From assembly GCA_965197725.1 (NCBI GenBank), contig CBDANQ010000060.1, positions 111,270-175,269 of the forward strand: a stretch of 64,000 nucleotides of DNA. The letters are read 5' to 3'. A program made the position numbers and the translations under genes. This document shows positions 52,229 to 63,487 of this stretch, in pieces (the stretch's first letter is position 1; every line of letters starts with the position of its first letter). The notes under the pieces are model-generated. The model saw only the letters and a list, made by a program, of their open reading frames with translations, was not told where the DNA came from and made no database searches. This DNA is from Longimicrobiales bacterium. Its GTDB lineage: Bacteria > Gemmatimonadota > Gemmatimonadetes > Longimicrobiales > Gaopeijiaceae.

Positions 52229-53097
52229 GATGAAGCCACCGAAGCCGGAGCGGCCTTCACAGGAGTGGCAGGTCCACAGCGCCAACGACGAGTTGAAGGC
52301 GCAGTGGAACACCCGGTTGGCTTGGTCGATGGTGGCCGCGGTGGCCGTACACGTGGCGGTCTTCGCCGTTGGGCCCACCTGGGAGACTCCCTCTCCGCCG
52401 TTGGATCTCGAGCTGGGGCCGTTCGGGATGGCGTGGATCTCCCTCTTCGAGACTCCCTCCGATGGCAGAGGCGCGTCACCGGGGGCGCCGCCGGTCGCCG
52501 AGCTCTCGGCCTCGATGCCGGCGGAGCCCGATGTCGGTGAATTGGGCGACGGCGCCGAAGTGGCGATGTCGGACTTTTCCGAGGCCTTTCGCGAGCGCCT
52601 TCTTCGCAGGGGGCGGACCCTGCCCACCATCGCCGAGCCCGAGCCCCTGCCCGAGAGTCCTCCGGCCAACGTTCTGGACGGTACAGGTGAGGAGTCCACC
52701 TCGATGGGGGGGATGCCTCAACTGCGGATCTTTCGACCTTGCCGGAAGCGACCTCGATGGACCTCTCACGCCTGTCGGCTCTTCGCCCTGACATCGTTCT
52801 GGCGGGGGTGTCGGTCTGGTGGGGCTGCTGAACCCTGCCGAGGTCGTCCGGTTCATGCGCGAGAGCTTCACTCGGCAGGAGCTGAGCCCCGGAGTGAGCG
52901 GATCGGTGAGCGTGGTCCTTTTCATCGACGAGAAGGGCTCGGTCGAATGGGCCGAGATCAGCCAGTCCAGCGGGATCTCGGGTGTGGACGACATCTTCCT
53001 GACGTTGTTCAACGAGGTCGTGGCCTTCAGGCCGGCCCGGAATCAGGGCGTTCTCGTCCCGAGGTCCGCGATCTTTTCGGTGCGCTTCCCTTGGTAG
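52229..53097 (+). CDS. TonB-like energy transducer (frameshifted)
   Basis: TM with S....AVAVH, Pro-rich linker, C-domain IDEKGSV...SSG...FRPARNQG; split over frames. Confidence 0.7.
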
Positions 53098-54463
53098 GCT
53101 GGACGCTGCGCCTCTTCACGGCGAGCATGGCGGTCGGGGGCTGTGCGACGGCGGTCAGGGGTCCCCCTGAGCCGCTCGTTTCGCCGACAGGGATCGTCTA
53201 CGAGGTCGGTCCGGCCCCGGTCAACACTCGATTTTCACAAACCGCGGCGCTCTACCTCAGTCGAGGGCGGACTAGCCGAGCGCTGGAGCTGGCGAAGGAG
53301 GGCGTCGCGTCCGATCCGGGGAATCCGATCCACTATTTCCTGGTGGGTCAGGCTCACGCCCGACTCGGGGAGTACGAGGAGAGGCGGACGAGATGTTCGC
53401 CGAGGCGCAGCGGATCTACCCTGCCTACGAGCTCGATGTGGAGCCCGAGCGCGAGGCGGCGTGGGCCGAGGTGTTCAACGCGGGAGGCGAGGCTTACGCC
53501 GCGGGCGACCTGGAGCGCACGATCGAGGCCTGGGGGCAGGCGGTGGTCATCTACGACCTCCGGCCGGAAGCGCACCGGAATCTCGCGAGCCTGCTCACCC
53601 AGGAGGGGCGGTATGAGGGGGCCATTCGAGCCTACCAGGGAGGTCTCGCGGGTCTCGAGAAGCTGCCCGCCACCCGGGTGCTCGAGGCGGAGGAGCTCGA
53701 GCGCCGTGAGGAGCAGAAGATCGGGATGGAAGAGAGCCTGGCCCCGCTTCTTCTCATCACGGAGCGGTTCGCCGAGGCGGAGGTGTTGCTTCGGCGCCAG
53801 CTCGAGCGGGATCCCGCGAACACGCGGGTACAGGGCGATCTGGCCGCCGCGCTCAGGAGCCAGGGACGGGCCGAGGAGGCCGCGGCGATCTATACGGCCC
53901 TCCTCTCCGAGGCGGAGCTGGAGGCCTCCGAGCTCTTCAACCTGGGTATCGCGCTCTTTCGCTCTTCCGACTTCCCGGCTGCGGGCGAGGCGTTCGAGCG
54001 GTTGACGCGGCTCCAGCCCCAGTCACGCGACGCCTGGTTCAACTACGCCAACTCCCTGTTCGCCGCTGAGGCATGGGAATCGTTGGCTCGGGTCGGCGAT
54101 CGGCTGATCGAGTTGGATCCCTTGGGCGAGAACGCCGGCCTGATCACGGCGCGCGCACATCTGGAGAGCGGCGACCGAGAGGCCGCCCTCCGGGCCCTGG
54201 AGCGGACCGAGTCGGCTCTGGTGTATCTGGAAGGACTACTGATGAGGCCTTCCGACGCAGAGACGACGGTTCAGGGTCGCGTGATCGGGAACGTGGCAGA
54301 GGCCGGGACTCCTGTGCGTCTCCGCTTCACGTTCTACGGTGACGACGGAGAGTTGGGAGCGGAAGCTGTCACGGTTTCCGCCCCACCCTCGGAGGAGAGT
54401 GCCACGTTCGAGGTCTCGTTCGGGTCTCGAGCCACGGCCTATCGATACGAGCTGATCCCCTGA
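53097..54463 (+). CDS. TPR-repeat lipoprotein (frameshift near 53385)
   Basis: VGGC lipobox, repeats AHRNLA, LFNLG, AWFNYA; start approximate. Confidence 0.7.
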
Positions 54464-54779
54464 CGTCGACCTCGCGACCTGGCTCGAAGTGAACAGGCTC
54501 CGCCGGAGTCGATCGGCCCCTGATCGAGGTCAACGTCCGAGAGCGGGCCGGGAGGTGCAAGCACAAGTTCGGAGAAGCGCCTCCGACGAACGTGGGGATG
54601 ACACGCCCTACAGCAACACCAACGGCAGCACCAGCGCGCGACAGCGGATGCCCGAACCAGAGACGATTGAGCGTCGTATCCGTGGCGAGGATGTCAACAT
54701 GCTTTGGCATGGACATGGCGCCTGAGACGGCTGATCCACGAGATCGACCGTACGTCGAGGCTGTTATGCATCGAGGCGT

Positions 54780-55257
54780 TCACTCCTGCTCGAGTCTGCG
54801 ATACGTGCACTGCCAGTAGAGCAGAGGACGGTCCCCGTCTCCCAGCGCGAGCTCGTCGACGCGGCACACGACCAGCTTGCTGCCTCCACGGGTCGGATGG
54901 ATTGCCTCGACGGTGCAGGCCAGCGTGGCCACGGCCCCAGGTATCAGCGGCACGCCCTCCTCGGGCCACGGCTGGGCACCCACCGGGTAGGACTCGGCAA
55001 ACCTCGAGGCCCACTTCGACTGCCCCTCGGCTAAGGAGGCTGATGCCCACGGTGGCTCCCACCTGGACGAACGCAAACGACGTCGCCGTGGTGGCGTGCA
55101 CGGGACCCCGGTCACGGCCGCGGACGGCGAACACGGTCACAGTGGCGGCCCAGCGTGCTAGCGCCCCCTTGAAGCCCTCGGCAACCACCTCGGCTTCACC
55201 GGGCCGTTCGTTCCCTGTCCTGATGCGGGCCTGGATGGGGCGTCGCTTGTCCACCAT
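54780..55257 (-). pseudogene. Flavin reductase-like gene, disrupted
   Basis: FKGALARWAATVTV, TATSF, PLIPGAVATLAC, PLLYW..YR in two frames. Confidence 0.7.
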
Positions 55258-55566
55258 GCCTCAAAAGAACACCGCAGCACGGCCGATGATTCGTGACGCC
55301 GAGGCCAGGCGCGCAAACGGGTCTCGATGTGGAGAGCGATCCATGTTGCCGAGGACTTCAGACGAAAGATGTCGAAAACCCCAGCGGTGGATCTAGCTGA
55401 GTTGGCCAGTCCAGTCTTCCACGTCGACCGCACTGATCCGCCACTGCTCCTCACATAGGAGGCGGCGGGAGAGCGGGACGGAGGCGGCGTAGAGGTGAAG
55501 AACCTCGATAGAAGTAAACACCAACCGACATCCCCGCGCCGCCATCTTCGATAAGGGCGGCGTTGG

Positions 55567-57221
55567 TCAGAAAGCCGGTCGGTCGTCACCAACCTTCTCT
55601 CGCGCCTCGAGAACGCTGTCGACGATGAGACGGACGTGCTCTTCGTCGGAGAAGGGGGAGACGATGTACGATTTGAGCGCGACGATGGGCTCGCCGTACT
55701 CCGTGTGGCGGTAGCAGTCCGTCATCGAGAGGAGGACGCCCCTGCCGCGCATAGCTTGTCGTAGAGGTGGCGGTAGATCTCGCGGTTGTACTCGTTGTGC
55801 GCCAGGAGGTCTTCCCGAAGTGAGGCGTCGGTGCGCTCGCGTTCCGTGATCATCCAGGTGTCGACCCCCTCCGGGTACGCGCGGAAGAGGGTGACCGTGC
55901 CGAAGTTGTCGCGGTTGAGGACGGTCGTGGCGGCGTGCCCCTCCAGGTGCTCGCGCAGGAGCTCCGCCATCTCGACCACATGCCCGAGGAGGGCGCGGAG
56001 GCCGTCCTTGCCGAGGAAGAGGAGGCTAGCGAGCGCGGAGAGAATGCCGCTTCCGCTGCGTGACGTCTCGAGCGTGAAGATCCCCGGATGCCGCTCGCCG
56101 CTCTGAAAGAGGTACGGCATCTCCTCGCGTCCGCGCGCTAGGTGCCGCAGGTCGTCGCGGTCGCGCACGAGAAAGAGGCTCGAGGTGTACGGCGCGAAGC
56201 CTGTCTTGTGGAAGTCGATGCCGATCGAGTCGGCCAGGCCGAGCGTCTCGATGCGGCGGCCCGCGCCCGCGAGCGCCCGCACCGTGCGCGGGCGGAAGCT
56301 GAGGCGGTTCTCTTCGAAGTCGTAGTCGTTGAAGACCGACCAGGCCCAGCCGATGACCGCGTCGGCGTGCACGTGCGGCCGGTAGTCGAGCTTGCACTCG
56401 TCGACGAGGCGGTCGCGGATGGCGACGATCGCCTTGAGGTCGTCGACGCCGAAGGCGTCCGTCGTTCCCAGCGTCGCGATGATGGCGGCGATGTGCTTGC
56501 CTTCGCCGATGGCCTTTCGCACCTCCTCCTCGAGGACCTCGACCATCATGTCGTTCGTCAGGTGGGTTGGGATCTGGATGGCGTTGTCCTCGCCAATGCC
56601 GAGCCAGCCCGCGACGTTGAGGCGCGCGTGGTGGCTCTGGCCGGATGAGAACATCACGGCGTCGCCATGGAGGCCTTGCTCCATGGCACCGGGCATCGCC
56701 TTTTCGAGGCCGATCTTGACGCCGTAGAGGGTCGTGCCCGTGCCGCCGAAGGTGAAGACGCCGGCCGAGGCCTCGGGATCATAACCGAGGAGAAGCGCCA
56801 TCATGGCCGCGACGCGCTCCTCGGCGACGGCTATGCCATGGCTGGTGTCGTCGGAGACGAGGTTCGGGTTGTAGATCGTCGGCAGGAGGGCGCCGATGAT
56901 GCTCGCGATCGAGGGCGACGGTACCACGTTCACCTGCGTCCTCGGATGGGAGAAGATCGGCAGGCCCTCGAAGTGTGCGACGAGCTCGAGCGCGACGTCC
57001 TCGACCGTCGAGTGCGAGAGCGCCAGCTCGTCGCGGCGCGCCGCGTCGTAGTCGAGCGGGGTCGGCTCGCCGAGGAGCGGCAGCTCCGATTTCATGTCGT
57101 CGACCTTCTCGAGCGCCTGCATGATCGAGAAGACGAAGTACGCGTCGTGGACCCGGTTAGAAACCGGCTGCGGAAAGCCCTGGCGCAGGGTTTCGAGGAT
57201 GACGCGGTACGGTGCGGGCAT
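55567..57221 (-). CDS. Group II PLP-dependent decarboxylase (frameshift near 55745)
   Basis: FTFGGT, GTTDAFGVD, HADAVIG, IDFHKTG (PLP Lys), LETSRSG. Confidence 0.85.
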
Positions 57222-57643
57222 GGGAGGTGAGTCTACGGCTGCCCGTACTTGCTTGCCAGCGCTCGGTGCACAGCGAGGCGCAGAGCTGCAGGTGTAAGCT
57301 GCCCTCACTTCCCTCACGGCCTTGCCCGACATAGATCCCCTCCTGAGTTCCATCGCGAGGCAGAAAGCCTAGCCGCGCGCTCGAAGGCAATAACTCAGGA
57401 GCTCAAGTCAATCTTCGCCCGGGTAGCGGCGCTCAGGAAGCGGGTACGACGACACCCTTGAGCTCAACGCAGCGTTGGAGCGCGGCTGGCGCAGGAGCGA
57501 CCGAGCCCGTAGGTCGAGGTGGCGGGTCTCCGCGGCGATCAAAGAGAAGGGTTCACGTACCACTGGCCCGGAGCGCATCAACGACATGCTCGCCCGGCGT
57601 TCGTAGGGGGCGCGCAATCGAGCTCGAACCATCGAGAGGCCCA

Positions 57644-57955
57644 ATGGGTGACAGCGACTACGAAGTGCGTTTGAAGACCACAGGGCGAAACGACCGCTGT
57701 CTTTGTGGCTCCGGCAAGAAGTACAAGAAGTGTCACTTGGCCGAGGACGAGGGCACGCGCGCCGCAACGCTCAAAGTCCTCGAAGCAGCAGCCATGGCAA
57801 AGCCAAAAGCGGCTAAAGACGCCCAGGGCGAGGCCGACACGAGGGGCTCGGACAAGCGCACGCGGTCGACGAAGCGCCAAGAGAAACAGTCCGGGTCCCA
57901 AGGGCGCGCCTCGGACGGCAAACCGAAGAACCTCCCGCGGCGGGGCGCCGTTTGA
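57644..57955 (+). CDS. SEC-C motif protein
   Basis: GRNDRCLCGSGKKYKKCH. Confidence 0.8.
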   Translation: MGDSDYEVRLKTTGRNDRCLCGSGKKYKKCHLAEDEGTRAATLKVLEAAAMAKPKAAKDAQGEADTRGSDKRTRSTKRQEKQSGSQGRASDGKPKNLPRRGAV

Positions 57956-58058
57956 TGTCGTCGGCCAGGTAGACGGTCGCCATGCCACCCTCACCTAGTT
58001 CTCGCTCGATGCGGTAGCGGCCCTCCAGGTCTGCGTTCAGGCGGGTGACTGGGTCCAT
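57950..58058 (-). pseudogene. N-terminal stub of a Ser/Thr protein kinase gene
   Basis: MDPVTRLNADLEGRYRIERELGEGGMATVYLADDIK (Gly-rich loop), then homology ends. Confidence 0.8.
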
Positions 58059-58312
58059 GCGCTCAAGATGCGGCGCAGGTCAGCAAGCTCGGTGACATGG
58101 GGCTATGGCCGGAGGAGGACTCCGCGCGTCTATCTGCTCAGTTTGAGCAGCGCTGTTAGCGGCCTTCCAATATTGCACACATGTGGCCATCGAAAATTGC
58201 ACACTTGGCGCTTTGACCTAGCGGGCGGGAGAGTGGGGATGTAGGCACCACCCCGAGCGATCTTCCGGCCGATCCACTCACTTGGCGCCTCCACCGAGAA
58301 CGTGGAGGTGCA

Positions 58313-59341
58313 ATGATCGGAAGGGAGAAGCGCGTGCTGCTCCGTCATTACCTCGAGCAGGGGATGAACAAGGCGGTGATCGCCCGGGATCTGGGGGTCA
58401 GTCGCCGTACCGTGTACCACTGGATAGAGACCGGTCAACTGGACCGGGAGTTGGACGAAGAGCGTGTCGGGTACGGTCCGAGATGTCTGATGCCGTCGAA
58501 GCTGGATCCGTACAAGCCGTTGATCGACACGCGTCTCAAGGAGTACCCGAAGCTCACGGCTGTACGGCTCTTCAAGGAGGTCCGGGCCGCTGGCTACCCG
58601 GGCAGTTACAACCAAGTGAAGCGCTATGTACGCAAGGTCCGGCCTCGACCCCCAGAGGAGCCGGTCGTGCGCTTCGAGACGGCGCCTGGGCGTCAGGGCC
58701 AGGTGGACTTCGCCCACTTCCGGCTACCGTGGGGCAAGCGTTACGCACTAATCGTCGTGCTGGGCTACTCGAGGCTGCTGTGGGTTCAGTTCTACACCCG
58801 GCAGACCATGAAGGCCCTGATGCATGGCCTGGAGTCTTCGTTTTCCTACTTCGGCGGCGTGCCCTCAGAGCTTCTGTTCGACCAAATGAAGGCGGTCGTC
58901 ATCGAGGACGGTCGATACGACGATGGTGCCCTCGTCGAGAACCCGGAGTTCATGCGCTACGCCTACCACTGGAACTTCAGGATCCGAGCGTGCCGACCCT
59001 ATCGGGCTCAGACCAAGGGCAAGGTGGAGCGGCCGATCCGCTACCTCAGGGAGAGCTTCTTCTACGGGCGCACCTTCACGTCGGACGACGATCTCAACGC
59101 GCAGGCCCTTCATTGGCTTGAGACGGAAGCCAATGTGCGCAGCCACGGAACGCTGAAGGAGCGGCCCCTCGATCGCTTCGAGCGTGAACGACTGCTCCTC
59201 GAGCCCTTGGCGACTCGCCCGTATCACCCCCTCGTCCTGCCTCCGGATCGCTCCTCACCCGGCACGACGTCCTTGCCGGCCATCCACGTCGAGCGACGTC
59301 CCCTCACGGCCTATGCCCAGATCGCGGGAGGGGACCGATGA
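58313..59341 (+). CDS. istA: IS21 transposase IstA
   Basis: Differs from copy 1 by one visible residue (K/N). Confidence 0.95.
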   Translation: MIGREKRVLLRHYLEQGMNKAVIARDLGVSRRTVYHWIETGQLDRELDEERVGYGPRCLMPSKLDPYKPLIDTRLKEYPKLTAVRLFKEVRAAGYPGSYNQVKRYVRKVRPRPPEEPVVRFETAPGRQGQVDFAHFRLPWGKRYALIVVLGYSRLLWVQFYTRQTMKALMHGLESSFSYFGGVPSELLFDQMKAVVIEDGRYDDGALVENPEFMRYAYHWNFRIRACRPYRAQTKGKVERPIRYLRESFFYGRTFTSDDDLNAQALHWLETEANVRSHGTLKERPLDRFERERLLLEPLATRPYHPLVLPPDRSSPGTTSLPAIHVERRPLTAYAQIAGGDR

Positions 59342-59976
59342 AGGCTGCCGCTCGCTCTCGCCGTGACCGGATCCGAGCCCAGCTCGCCGATCTCAAGATG
59401 CCCGGTGCGCTGGAGGCCATCGACGACGTCCTCACCGGGGTCGATGGCGGAGGCGTGACGGCCTCGGAGGCCATCGAGCAACTCCTCGGTGCCCAGATCA
59501 CGCTGCGCAACAACCGCCGCCTTCAGGCTGCGATGCGCTCGAGCCGGCTACCGGGCATCAAGACCCTCGACGACTTCGACTTCAGCTTCCAGCCCTCGAT
59601 CAAGCGCGAGCAGATCGACTCGCTCCACGAGCTCGGCTTCTTGGAGCGTAAGGAGAACGTGATCTTCCTCGGCCCTCCGGGCGTCGGCAAGACGCATCTC
59701 GCGATCAGCCTCGCCATTGCCGCGGCTCAGAGCGGGCGCAGAGTCTACTACGGCGCTCTGGCCGACCTCATCACCTCGCTCGAAGAAGCCAAGACCACCG
59801 GCCAGCTGGGACGCCGCCTCAAGATCCTCACCTATCCTTCGCTCCTGGTCATCGACGAGATCGGCTACCTGCCGGTCAGCCAGACCGGCGCCATGCTCTT
59901 CTTCCAACTCATCAACCGGCGCTGGAGTTAGCCCCTGACGGTGGACACCTATTCTCTTTAGAGAGAGGAGTCCACG

Positions 59977-60291
59977 ATGCCAAGAACGAGACCGCCGTAT
60001 TCGTTGGAGTTCCGCCAGCAGATGGTGGAGCTGGTCAAAGCAGGTCGCACGCCTGAGGAGCTGAGTCGGGAGTTTGAGCCCACAGCGCAGACGATCCACA
60101 ATTGGGTGAAGCAGACGGACCTCGACACGGGAGTCAGAAGCGACGGCCTGACGTCGTCAGAGCGCGAGGAGCTCCGCGAGCTTCGGCGTGAGAACAAGCG
60201 GCTTCGTGTCGAGCGGGAGATCCTAAAAAAAGCCGCGGCCTGGTTCCCTCAGGAGTCCGACTCGGTGCCCCCGAAGCGTTCGAGTTCGTGA
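59977..60291 (+). CDS. IS3 OrfA
   Basis: YSLEFRQQMV HTH, ELRRENKRLRVEREILKKA; A7G slippery site at 60225-60232. Confidence 0.9.
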   Translation: MPRTRPPYSLEFRQQMVELVKAGRTPEELSREFEPTAQTIHNWVKQTDLDTGVRSDGLTSSEREELRELRRENKRLRVEREILKKAAAWFPQESDSVPPKRSSS

Positions 60292-60861
60292 GGGCCAACC
60301 AGGCCGAGTTCAGCGTGCAGATGATGTGCGAAGTCCTGAGCGTCTCGCCCAGCGGGTACTACGCATGGAGAAAGCGTCCTCCATCGCATCGCGCGGTCGA
60401 GAACGAGCGACTGCTAGGTCGGATGCGTGAGATCCACACGTTCAGCCGTGAGACGTATGGCCAGCCACGGATGTACGCCGAGCTCAGGGACGACGGCTGG
60501 CAGGTCAACCACAAGCGGGTGCGTCGTCTGATGAGGCTGGCAGGACTACAAGGCGCTACGCGGCGAAGGAAGTGGCGCACGACGAAGCGAAACAGAGATG
60601 CTCGACCTGCCCCCGATCTCGTCGCGCGCGACTTCAGTGTGCACGGCCCGGACCAGCTCTGGGTTGCCGACATCACCTACGTGCCGACCCGGGAGCGGCT
60701 TCTTGTACCTGTCAGTCGTCGTCGATGCGTGGAGCCGCCATGTGGTCGGATGGTCGATGAAGACGCATCTCAAGACCGATCTCGTGCTCGACGCGCTGAA
60801 CATGGCGCTGCAGCAACGACGACCGAACGGTGTCATCCATCATAGCGATCAGGGTACCCAG

Positions 60862-62488
60862 CCTAGGTTCAAGCGGTCGTCGCAACAGTACCGTGTTGAA
60901 GGGTTTTCATGCGCCCCGATGTTGCTGGACACTAGGCTGGCGAGGGCGATGGGGTCCAGACAGAAAGAAGTCAGTTCTTGATGTCTCCCAACCCGAGGGA
61001 GTCAGAAGCGACCGAAGGTCGTTGAAGGCTGGAGATACGGGAGCGGTAGAGCATTTCAACGCAAGGTTGAGGTCTGGTCCTTTGATGACAACAGATTTTC
61101 CAAGGTTTCCGCCGGAGTTCTCCAACCGAGGGTCTTGCGGGGGCGGCTGTTGAGAGCGGCTGCGACGGCGGCGAGATCGTCAGCGGTATGTCTGCTGAGG
61201 TCGGTGCCCTTCGGGAAGTACTGTCTCAACAGGCCGTTCGTGTTTTCGTTCGTGCCGCGCTGCCACGGGCTCTGCGGGTCGCAGAAGTAGACGGCCAGGC
61301 CAGTATCGATGCGAAGCCGTTCGTGCTGAGCCATCTCTGTTCCCTGGTCCCATGTCAGAGACCGGCGGAGTTGCTCGGGCAGGGTCGTGATCGACGAAGC
61401 AATCGCGTCCCGGACGGCTTCGGCACCGTGTCCAGCCAACGCTGGACCGTTCTTGGTCCTGGGCTCGCCGTGTTTGTCAAGGCGGGGGAGGTGGAGCAGC
61501 ATCGTAAACCGGGAGGCCCGCTCGACCAGCGTTCCGATCGCCGAACTGCCCAGTCCCAGGATCAGGTCGCCTTCCCAGTGCCCGGGAACGGCGCGGTCGT
61601 CTGCCTCGGCCGGTCGCTCACTGAGCATGATCTCGGGGTGAACGAACGTCTTGCCCCGTCCGCGGGTGCGAGCTCGAGGCACCCGTAGCGCGCGTCCCGT
61701 CCGAAGGCACGCTGTCAGCTCCCGTCGCAGCGCACCACGGCCCTGAACGTAGAGCGCCTGGTAGATGGCTTCGTGCGATATACGCATGGACTCATCGTCG
61801 GGGAAGTCGACCCGTAGCCTGTTGGCGATCTGCTCGGGACTCCACGAGACCGCCCACCGCCGGTCTTGTCGGCGACCGCGACGCCGTCCGATCCAGCGCA
61901 CATCGGGGCCCGCCACGGCCGTACCATCTGAAGCCGCGATCAGGCCTCCGAGGCGATCCTGTACATACTGCCTCAGTTCACCGTTCGTAGCGAGCTTCGC
62001 AAGCTTGGGACGTTTCGCTCGCCGATCGGCGTGCCATTGAGCGGTCGTGGCCCGATACTCGAGATTGCCTCCCCGTGTAGCTGCGTTTCGCCCCAGTTCT
62101 CGCGAGATCGTCGAGGGTGAGCGGCCCAACTGCCGGGCGATCTCGCGCACGCCACGACCACGGGCTCGAAGAACGGCGATCTCTTCTCGCTCAACGAACG
62201 AAAGATAGCGCCGTGACTGGGGACGAAGATTGAGGGGTGCCATGCCACCACATTCGCGAAACCAGCGCACCCCGACAGCGGGGGACACACCCGCTGCCAC
62301 GGCGGCCTCCTCGCTCGACAGACCTCGAGCGACCTCTTCCCAGAACCTCTGCCGATGCTCGCGGCGTCCCACCGGCGGACGGCCTGGTGAACGCATCTGT
62401 GGACGTAGAGCTCGATCCGCTCGTCGGCGCTTGCTTGCCTCCATCGCAACTCCTCCTCGAGGTGTTGCGACGACCGCTTGAATTCACC
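60862..62488 (-). mobile_element. IS30-family element
   Basis: IR core TTCAAGCGGTCGTCGCAACA at both ends; CAG (or ACCCAG) duplicated. Confidence 0.88.
61056..62444 (-). CDS. IS30-family transposase
   Basis: WSPEQIA, GHWEGDL, TWDQGTE, PWQRGTNENTNGLLRQYFPKG. Confidence 0.95.
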   Translation of the reverse strand: MEASKRRRADRALRPQMRSPGRPPVGRREHRQRFWEEVARGLSSEEAAVAAGVSPAVGVRWFRECGGMAPLNLRPQSRRYLSFVEREEIAVLRARGRGVREIARQLGRSPSTISRELGRNAATRGGNLEYRATTAQWHADRRAKRPKLAKLATNGELRQYVQDRLGGLIAASDGTAVAGPDVRWIGRRRGRRQDRRWAVSWSPEQIANRLRVDFPDDESMRISHEAIYQALYVQGRGALRRELTACLRTGRALRVPRARTRGRGKTFVHPEIMLSERPAEADDRAVPGHWEGDLILGLGSSAIGTLVERASRFTMLLHLPRLDKHGEPRTKNGPALAGHGAEAVRDAIASSITTLPEQLRRSLTWDQGTEMAQHERLRIDTGLAVYFCDPQSPWQRGTNENTNGLLRQYFPKGTDLSRHTADDLAAVAAALNSRPRKTLGWRTPAETLENLLSSKDQTSTLR

Positions 62489-63487
62489 CAGTACACCTCG
62501 ATCGCCTTCGGCCTACGCTGCAAAGAGGCCAGCGTCCGACCCTCGATGGGCTCGGTCGGCGACGCGTACGATAACGCGATGTGCGAGAGCTTCTTCGCCA
62601 CGCTCGAGACCGAACTCATCGAACGAAAGAGCTTCCGCAATCAGGCCGAGGCCAGGATGGCCGTGTTCGACTTCATCGAAGCCTGGTACAATCCCCACCG
62701 ACGGCACTCTGCCCTCGGCCAATTGTCTCCTCTTAACTACGAAAAGGAACACGCCCCCGCCGCGTGAATCTCTAGTCCAAAACCGTCCACCGTGCGGGGC
62801 CAACTCCAAACCGGCGCTATGAGCGCGCATCCACTGTGCTGACCTCCAATAAAGGCTTCGAGGAGTGGGGCCAGATCTTGGGCGACGAGGTCATGGCCGC
62901 TGCGCTCATCGATCGCCTGCTGCATCACTGCCATATCGTCAACATCCGCGGCAGCAGCTACCGGATGCGCAAGCACACCGACCTCTCCAAGATCCTCCAC
63001 TCGCCTCCTGCGGAGTCGAGCCCTTCACCCCCGAAGAGAAAGAGAGCAAGAGCAAAGGAGAAAACGACGAACTAGAGGCTCGTCACCTCCGCCAAGTGTG
63101 CAATTTTCGATGGCCAGACCTGTGCAGCTTTCGATGGCCGTTGACACCTTAGAGGGGTGATCGGAAAGGGGGGCGGGCCGCCACCCGTGCTCTCGCACGG
63201 TGAAGAGCGACTTCACGTCCGACCAATCTAGGTCCGATGGCGGACGGTGCGGCGCGCCGGTAGCTTGGTGGGCTTCATCAATCAGAGACGGCCCAAGGGG
63301 GCTAGCCCATGAAGTCGAAGCTGGTTCTGATCGCCTGCTGCCTGACGCTGACCGTCAAGCCCCAAAGAGACGTGTCTGGACGAGCAGGGCGAGCGCCATT
63401 GGGTGTTCCGTCGCCAGAGCAGATTCCACCTGGTTTGGTAGGCCCAAGCTGAGCTTTCCAAACTCATGAGCGCGGCATGAGTTCGGC

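Larger units (their letters stand above)
60288..62767 (+). pseudogene. IS3 OrfB (DDE), frameshifted and split by IS30
   Basis: WVADITY, HSDQGTQ / YTS, DNAMCESFF, YNPHRRHS. Confidence 0.9.
59923..62808 (+). mobile_element. IS3-family element interrupted by IS30
   Basis: IRs TGGAGTTAGCCCCTGACGGTGGAC / TGGAGTTGGCCCCGCACGGTGGAC; duplication AACCGGCGC. Confidence 0.92.
59338..63075 (+). pseudogene. istB: istB split by IS3 insertion
   Basis: 5' part 59338-59922, 3' part 62809-63075. Confidence 0.92.
58154..63146 (+). mobile_element. IS21 copy 2, interrupted by nested IS3 and IS30
   Basis: Near-identical to copy 1 in inverted orientation; both ends present; no target duplication. Confidence 0.93.

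Noticed and set aside
47776..63146. Composite transposon formed by the two IS21 copies
   Set aside because: Copy 1 has its own duplication on both sides, so it inserted independently
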